NCBI GenBank assembly: GCA_050953065.1
Contig: JBMNLZ010000001.1
Coordinates: 32,001 to 96,000 of the forward strand
Direction of reading: 5' to 3'
Length of the DNA stretch: 64,000 nt
Origin: Bacilli bacterium
GTDB lineage: Bacteria > Bacillota_I > Bacilli_A > ML615J-28 > CAG-698
Part shown: positions 59,402 through 64,000 of the stretch, one piece after another
Layout of the letters: every line of letters starts with the position of its first letter
Numbering within the stretch: position 1 is the first letter of the stretch
Program-made: the position numbers and the translations under genes
Notes under the pieces: generated by a model
Seen by the model: the letters and a program-made list of their open reading frames with translations, nothing else
The model's database searches: none
Told to the model about the DNA's origin: nothing

Positions 59402-59731
59402 TGTATTCGGGTAATCGAGCGTTTAACGTTAGGAAAGTCCTTGCTAGCACAGCTGCGATGCTGTAGTGTTTATGCCTATATATAATTAATAAAATAGGAC
59501 ACTAAGAGATTAGTGATGGCGAAAAAGACCCTGTAAAATGGCTATTTTTCATAAAGTGCCACAGTGACGAACTTTTTGGAAACAAAAAGAGTGGAACGGG
59601 TAAACCCCATAAGCTAGAAACCCAAATTTGGTAGGGGAATTTTAAACAGAAAATGAACTAGTTTAAAACTACATTGTAGAGATAAATGATTACCACTTTT
59701 AATAAGTACAGAACAAGGCTTACAGAATACA
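59402..59731 (+). ncRNA. rnpB: RNase P RNA (B type)
   Basis: P1 TGTATTC/GAATACA; GGAAAGTCC, AAGTGCCACAGTGACG, GTGGAACG-GGTAAACCCC, AGCTAGAAACCCAAAT, ACAGAACAAGGCTTAC. Confidence 0.93.
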
Positions 59732-59735
59732 AATC

Positions 59736-59760
59736 TTAAAAATCCCATTGGGATTTTTAA
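59736..59760 (+). terminator. Terminator after rnpB
   Basis: TTAAAAATCCC / GGGATTTTTAA hairpin. Confidence 0.7.
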
Positions 59761-59778
59761 TTTGTTTAAGGGGAAAAT

Positions 59779-60366
59779 ATGTTTAATGATAGTAAATATA
59801 TTGTTAGTATTACAAGTTTAAAAGATAGTCCAAATTCAAACAATTTGAACGAATATGTTTTTTTAGGAAGGTCAAATGTTGGAAAAAGTAGTTTTATCAA
59901 TGCGCTGACAAATAAAAAAATTCTTGCTAAAACTTCTTCAAAACCTGGGAAAACAAGGACAATAAATTATTTTTTAATTGATGATTCGTTTTATTTGGTT
60001 GACATGCCTGGATATGGATATGCCTCAACTAGTGCTACTCAAAGACTTGAATTTGGAAATATCATAGAAAGTTATCTTAAAAAAAGTAAAACATTAAAAG
60101 CTGCTTTTTTATTAATTGATTTTAAAGTAGGACCAACTAAGGATGATTTACTGATGTTTGAGTATTTAAAGTATCTAAATATGAATTTTATTATTATTTG
60201 TACGAAAATTGATAAAGTAGGAGTAACTTTAAGAAAAAAATATCTTAATAATATTTTAGAAAAACTGGGATTAAGTGAAGATTCTATAGTGTTAACATCT
60301 TCTATTAATAAGATAGGTATTGAAAAAGTGGTTGAGTTAATAAATAAATATAACTTAGGTGAATAA
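59779..60366 (+). CDS. engB: Ribosome biogenesis GTPase YihA/YsxC
   Basis: GRSNVGKSS.IN, TSSKPGKT, VDMPGYGYA, TKIDK. Confidence 0.93.
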   Translation: MFNDSKYIVSITSLKDSPNSNNLNEYVFLGRSNVGKSSFINALTNKKILAKTSSKPGKTRTINYFLIDDSFYLVDMPGYGYASTSATQRLEFGNIIESYLKKSKTLKAAFLLIDFKVGPTKDDLLMFEYLKYLNMNFIIICTKIDKVGVTLRKKYLNNILEKLGLSEDSIVLTSSINKIGIEKVVELINKYNLGE

Positions 60367-60367
60367 A

Positions 60368-60904
60368 ATGAAGTATTTTGAAAAACAGGTTAAAAAGAAA
60401 TATGTTTTTATGGGAAAAGTGTTTAAAGCTAGAGATGATGAGGTTGCATTATGCAATCAAAAGACTGTTAATCGTGAAGTTATAGAACATCCAGGTGGAG
60501 CATGTGCAATTGTAGTAAATAAAAATGATGAAATTTTTCTAGTTAAACAATATAGATATGCTTTATCTGAAATGACTTTTGAAATTCCAGCTGGTAAATT
60601 AGAAAAGAATGAAAAACCTTTAGACTGTATCTTAAGAGAATTAATTGAAGAAGTAGGAGTGAAAGCAAAAACGATTAATTTTTTAGGTGAATACTATCCA
60701 TCGCCAGGAATATCAAATGAAAAAATCTATATTTTTTATACTGACGATTTTGAAACAACAAAAAATAATCTAGATGAAAATGAATTTTTAGATGTAGAAT
60801 TAATAAAAATTTCTGAAGTTATTGAAATGATTGATTCTGGGAAAATAAAAGATATGAAAACAGTGGTTGCTGTACTTAAATATATTACCCTAAAAAATAA
60901 ATAA
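60368..60904 (+). CDS. nudF: NUDIX hydrolase, ADP-ribose pyrophosphatase-like
   Basis: RE..EHPG, QYRY, EIPAGKLE...RELIEEVG Nudix box, SPG.S.E, DENEFL, D.KT. Confidence 0.82.
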   Translation: MKYFEKQVKKKYVFMGKVFKARDDEVALCNQKTVNREVIEHPGGACAIVVNKNDEIFLVKQYRYALSEMTFEIPAGKLEKNEKPLDCILRELIEEVGVKAKTINFLGEYYPSPGISNEKIYIFYTDDFETTKNNLDENEFLDVELIKISEVIEMIDSGKIKDMKTVVAVLKYITLKNK

Positions 60905-60993
60905 AACGTTTTTATTTGTTTTTATTATAAAAACACTTGTATTTATTATAGAAACAGTATATAATATTAACAATATAAATACGAGGTGGACTT

Positions 60994-62223
60994 ATGAAAA
61001 TTATTGCAAAACATTCAGAAGGCAAAGTGTTAAAAAATGATGTCTTTCAAATTTCAGAACAAGCAAAAGCTGCTAAAGCTATCAATCCAAATGTTATTGA
61101 TGCAACGGTAGGGGCTTTTTACGATGAAAAAGGAAAATTATATAAATATAATGTAGTTGATAAGATTTTAAAAAAACTACCTGATGAAAAATTCTATTCA
61201 TATGCTTCAACTAGTGGTGGCCTTGCTTATAAAGAAGCTGTACTTAATTGGGTTTTTCAAGATAAGAAAGAAAGTCTATTACAGAAGAAAAACCACGCCT
61301 TTGTGGCGACTCCAGGAGGAACAGGAGCAATTTTTAATTCACTATATAATAGTTTAGATAGAGGTGAGACTTTATTGTTGCCTAATATTTATTGGGGACC
61401 TTATGCTAATATGGCGGCTGACCAAGATTTAAAAGTTGTAGAATATAATATGTTCAAAAAAAATGCTTTCAACTTAGAAGAATTTTTTGAAAAGGCCGAT
61501 GAAATAATAAAAAAACAAAATAAATTAGTTACAATCATAAACGATCCATGTCAAAATCCTACTGGATATACTATGAAAGAAGAAGAATTAGCTAAAGTCA
61601 TAGAATATATGAATTCTAAGAAAGATACTCCATGTGTTTTAATTTATGATATTGCTTATATGGATTTTAGTTTTAATCATACAATTAGAGATAGATTTTC
61701 ATTATTTGAAAGCACTGGAGACAATGTTTTAGTTTCTATAGCTTTTAGCGGTTCAAAAACTTTTTCTGTTTACGGTTTAAGGATGGGGGCTGCTATATAT
61801 ATAGGTAGTAATAAGGAGTTCTTTAATGAACTACAGGCAATTATTAATTTTACAGGACGTACCCATTGGAGCAATTGTACAGCTGCAACTATTAATATGA
61901 TTATTGAATTGGATAAAAAGCCTAAACTAAATGCTTTGTTTAAAAAGCAAGTTTGGTATGCTATGAAAATGCTTAAAGAAAGAGCTGATATATTTGTTAC
62001 TGAAGCTAAAGAAGTTGGGTTAAGTCATTATCCATATGTTGAGGGTTTTTTTATAACTATTCCTTGTAATAATCTTGATGATGTTATTAAAAACTTAAAT
62101 AGAGACAATATTTATTTGGTTCCTGTTAGAGGTGCTGTTAGAGTTGCTATCTGTTCTATTACAAAAAAAGAAATACAGGGGTTGGCTGAAAGAATAAAAA
62201 AAGCTATTGATTTAGCGTATTAA
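60994..62223 (+). CDS. PLP-dependent aminotransferase class I/II
   Basis: TPGGTGA, DPCQNPTG, DIAY, SGSKTFS.YGLR.G. Confidence 0.88.
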   Translation: MKIIAKHSEGKVLKNDVFQISEQAKAAKAINPNVIDATVGAFYDEKGKLYKYNVVDKILKKLPDEKFYSYASTSGGLAYKEAVLNWVFQDKKESLLQKKNHAFVATPGGTGAIFNSLYNSLDRGETLLLPNIYWGPYANMAADQDLKVVEYNMFKKNAFNLEEFFEKADEIIKKQNKLVTIINDPCQNPTGYTMKEEELAKVIEYMNSKKDTPCVLIYDIAYMDFSFNHTIRDRFSLFESTGDNVLVSIAFSGSKTFSVYGLRMGAAIYIGSNKEFFNELQAIINFTGRTHWSNCTAATINMIIELDKKPKLNALFKKQVWYAMKMLKERADIFVTEAKEVGLSHYPYVEGFFITIPCNNLDDVIKNLNRDNIYLVPVRGAVRVAICSITKKEIQGLAERIKKAIDLAY

Positions 62224-62314
62224 AAATTAAATTTATATATAGTTAAGCAATAAAATAAAATGTTGACTTATGTCTAAAAATATAGTAAAATATCAATGTT
62301 ATTATTGGTGAGTT

Positions 62315-62713
62315 ATGAAATGGTCCATTCAACAACTTAATAAATTTTTAGGTAATTCCTTTGATTTTAACTTTGAATATGATTTTAGTTCAAAGATAGA
62401 AGGTATGTCTGATGTTATTAGTATTAGCAAAACCAAAGTTTTAGGAAAGTGTAGTGTTCCTCAAATGGATGTGTTTGAATTTGATTTATTAATTGAAACT
62501 ACATTGGTTGTTGAGTGTGCTAGGACATTAGAACCGGTTGATTTTCCCATTCTAATTGAAACTAAAGAAATATTTTCATATGATATTGAAAATGATGAAC
62601 ATTTAATTATAGAAAAAAATACAATCGATTTATTCGATATTGTTTGGGAAATTATTTTATTAAATAAACCAATTAGAGTTTTAAAATATCCCGATAATGA
62701 TGAAAACTTTTAA
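62315..62713 (+). CDS. YceD/DUF177 family protein
   Basis: CARTLEP, IDL...VWE.ILL..P; conserved position upstream of rpmF. Confidence 0.85.
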   Translation: MKWSIQQLNKFLGNSFDFNFEYDFSSKIEGMSDVISISKTKVLGKCSVPQMDVFEFDLLIETTLVVECARTLEPVDFPILIETKEIFSYDIENDEHLIIEKNTIDLFDIVWEIILLNKPIRVLKYPDNDENF

Positions 62714-62730
62714 AGAAAGGAGATATAAAA

Positions 62731-63057
62731 ATGAGTATTGTTCCTCAAAGGAGAATTTCAAAGACAAGAAAAAGAAAAAGAAGAACGCATTTTAAATTAA
62801 CTACACCTGGAATGATGGTTTGCCCTAATTGTGGTGAATTAAAATTAGCTCATACTGTATGTGGATCTTGCTATTATTATGATGGAAAACAAGTAAAAGA
62901 AGTTAAGGCTGAAAAAGAAGAAGATAAAAAAACATCAAAAGCAGAAAAAACAGCTAAAGTTACTAAAACACCTAAATTAAAGAAAGAAAAATCTCAAGAA
63001 ATTAAAGAAAAGCCAGTTGCTGCTAAAAAAATAGTAAAAAAGACTGGTGATAAGTAA
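62731..63057 (+). CDS. rpmF: 50S ribosomal protein L32 with Lys/Glu-rich C-terminal extension
   Basis: [21 protein letters not shown]...H.VCGSC.YY.GK. Confidence 0.95.
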   Translation: MSIVPQRRISKTRKRKRRTHFKLTTPGMMVCPNCGELKLAHTVCGSCYYYDGKQVKEVKAEKEEDKKTSKAEKTAKVTKTPKLKKEKSQEIKEKPVAAKKIVKKTGDK

Positions 63058-63071
63058 AAAAAAACAAATTT

Positions 63072-63103
63072 AACGCTTCTAAATATGAAGCGTTTTATTT
63101 TTT
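63072..63103 (+). terminator. Terminator after rpmF
   Basis: AACGCTTC / GAAGCGTT hairpin plus T-rich tail. Confidence 0.75.
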
Positions 63104-63146
63104 TAAAAAATATAGTTGACATGATTTTTATTCTATGATACAATGT

Positions 63147-63176
63147 AAGTGGGTAAAAGTGGGTAAAAGTAGGTAA
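63147..63176 (+). promoter_or_regulatory. MraZ binding boxes (3 x 10-bp direct repeats)
   Basis: AAGTGGGTAA AAGTGGGTAA AAGTAGGTAA immediately upstream of mraZ and downstream of a TTGACA/TACAAT promoter. Confidence 0.85.
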
Positions 63177-63181
63177 AGCGT

Positions 63182-63616
63182 ATGTTTACTGGTGAATATT
63201 ATTATAACATTGATGAAAAAGGAAGAATGTTTGTCCCAACAGAGTTCCGTTCAATTTTAGGAGAAAAGATAATTGTTAATCGTGGAATTGAAAAATGCTT
63301 ATATATTTACTCATTAAAGGAGTGGGAAAAAATTTCTTCTGATGTATCAAGTTTATCTTTAACACATAAGAATAATCGACAATTTTCGAGAATGTTTTTT
63401 TCTGGTGCATTTCTAAAAGAAATTGATGCTAAAGGAAGAATTAATATTGAAAATATATTGATTCAATATGCAAATTTAGAAAAAGAATGTGTTTTTGTAG
63501 GCGCTGGTGCAAGAATTGAGATATGGAATAAAGAAAGTTGGTTAAATGAATTTCAAAATAATCAAGAATTGTTAGAAGAAATTAGTGAGACCATTGAACT
63601 TAAGAAGTATGAATAA
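63182..63616 (+). CDS. mraZ: Division/cell wall cluster transcriptional repressor
   Basis: MFTGEY...IDEKGR, RGIEKCL, D.KGRI, EIW. Confidence 0.95.
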   Translation: MFTGEYYYNIDEKGRMFVPTEFRSILGEKIIVNRGIEKCLYIYSLKEWEKISSDVSSLSLTHKNNRQFSRMFFSGAFLKEIDAKGRINIENILIQYANLEKECVFVGAGARIEIWNKESWLNEFQNNQELLEEISETIELKKYE

Positions 63617-64000
63617 CGATTACTTTCACAAACCTGTGTTACTAGAAGAGGTAATTAAGGGATTAAATTTGAAAGAAGATGGCATTTATGTTGATTGCAC
63701 AATGGGGGGTGCAGGACATTCTTCAGAAATACTAAAAAAAATAACGCAAGGACATTTATGTTGTTTTGATCAAGATAGTGATTGTATAGAAACAGCTCGA
63801 AAAAAATTAAGTTTAATAAATAACAATTATACGATTATTAAAGATAATTTTAAAAATATAAAACAAAGATTGCTGGAGTTAGGAATTGAAAAAGTTGATG
63901 GTGTATTATTCGATTTAGGAGTTTCTTCATTCCAATTTGATACGCCAGAACGGGGTTTTAGTTATAAATATGATTCTATTTTAGATATGAGAATGGATCA
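63609..64000 (+). CDS. rsmH: 16S rRNA m4C1402 methyltransferase (3' end outside window)
   Basis: ATG 63609: HKPVLLEE...[12 protein letters not shown]...FDQD...[16 protein letters not shown]...LDMRMD. Confidence 0.95.
   Translation, partial: MNNDYFHKPVLLEEVIKGLNLKEDGIYVDCTMGGAGHSSEILKKITQGHLCCFDQDSDCIETARKKLSLINNNYTIIKDNFKNIKQRLLELGIEKVDGVLFDLGVSSFQFDTPERGFSYKYDSILDMRMD

Noticed and set aside
63147-63176. Novel tandem repeat or iterons
   Set aside because: Explained as the known MraZ operator boxes upstream of mraZ.

Overview
AT-rich chromosomal segment of a low-GC Bacilli/Mollicutes-like bacterium. It uses the standard code (TGA is a stop, Trp is TGG). The glycolipid GT4, the MacB-type ABC fusions and the 10-bp MraZ boxes suggest an Acholeplasmatales/Izemoplasmatales-type anaerobe, but that placement is inference. 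Most of the window is housekeeping: ABC exporters, trxA-peroxiredoxin-superoxide reductase, a Na/Pi transporter with PhoPR-like genes, acpP, pgm, pepP, PPi-type PFK, rlmD, truB-ribF-mtnN, rpsO-pnp, azlCD, RNase P RNA, engB, rpmF, mraZ-rsmH and three tRNAs. One accessory island lies at the 3' end of tRNA-Cys (about 21.1-30.8 kb). It holds a PARIS-like ATPase/TOPRIM defence pair, then a 1.26 kb stretch with no long ORF carrying 7-8 copies of an unexplained 19-bp bipartite motif in two 39-bp palindromes plus 29-bp-spaced satellites. After that come a LytTR regulatory system (LRS) apparently heading two BspA-like LRR lipoproteins and a long hairpin exposing an anti-Shine-Dalgarno loop. No CRISPR array, integrase, intact transposase or rRNA was seen. 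All family calls are from motif recognition, not database searches.
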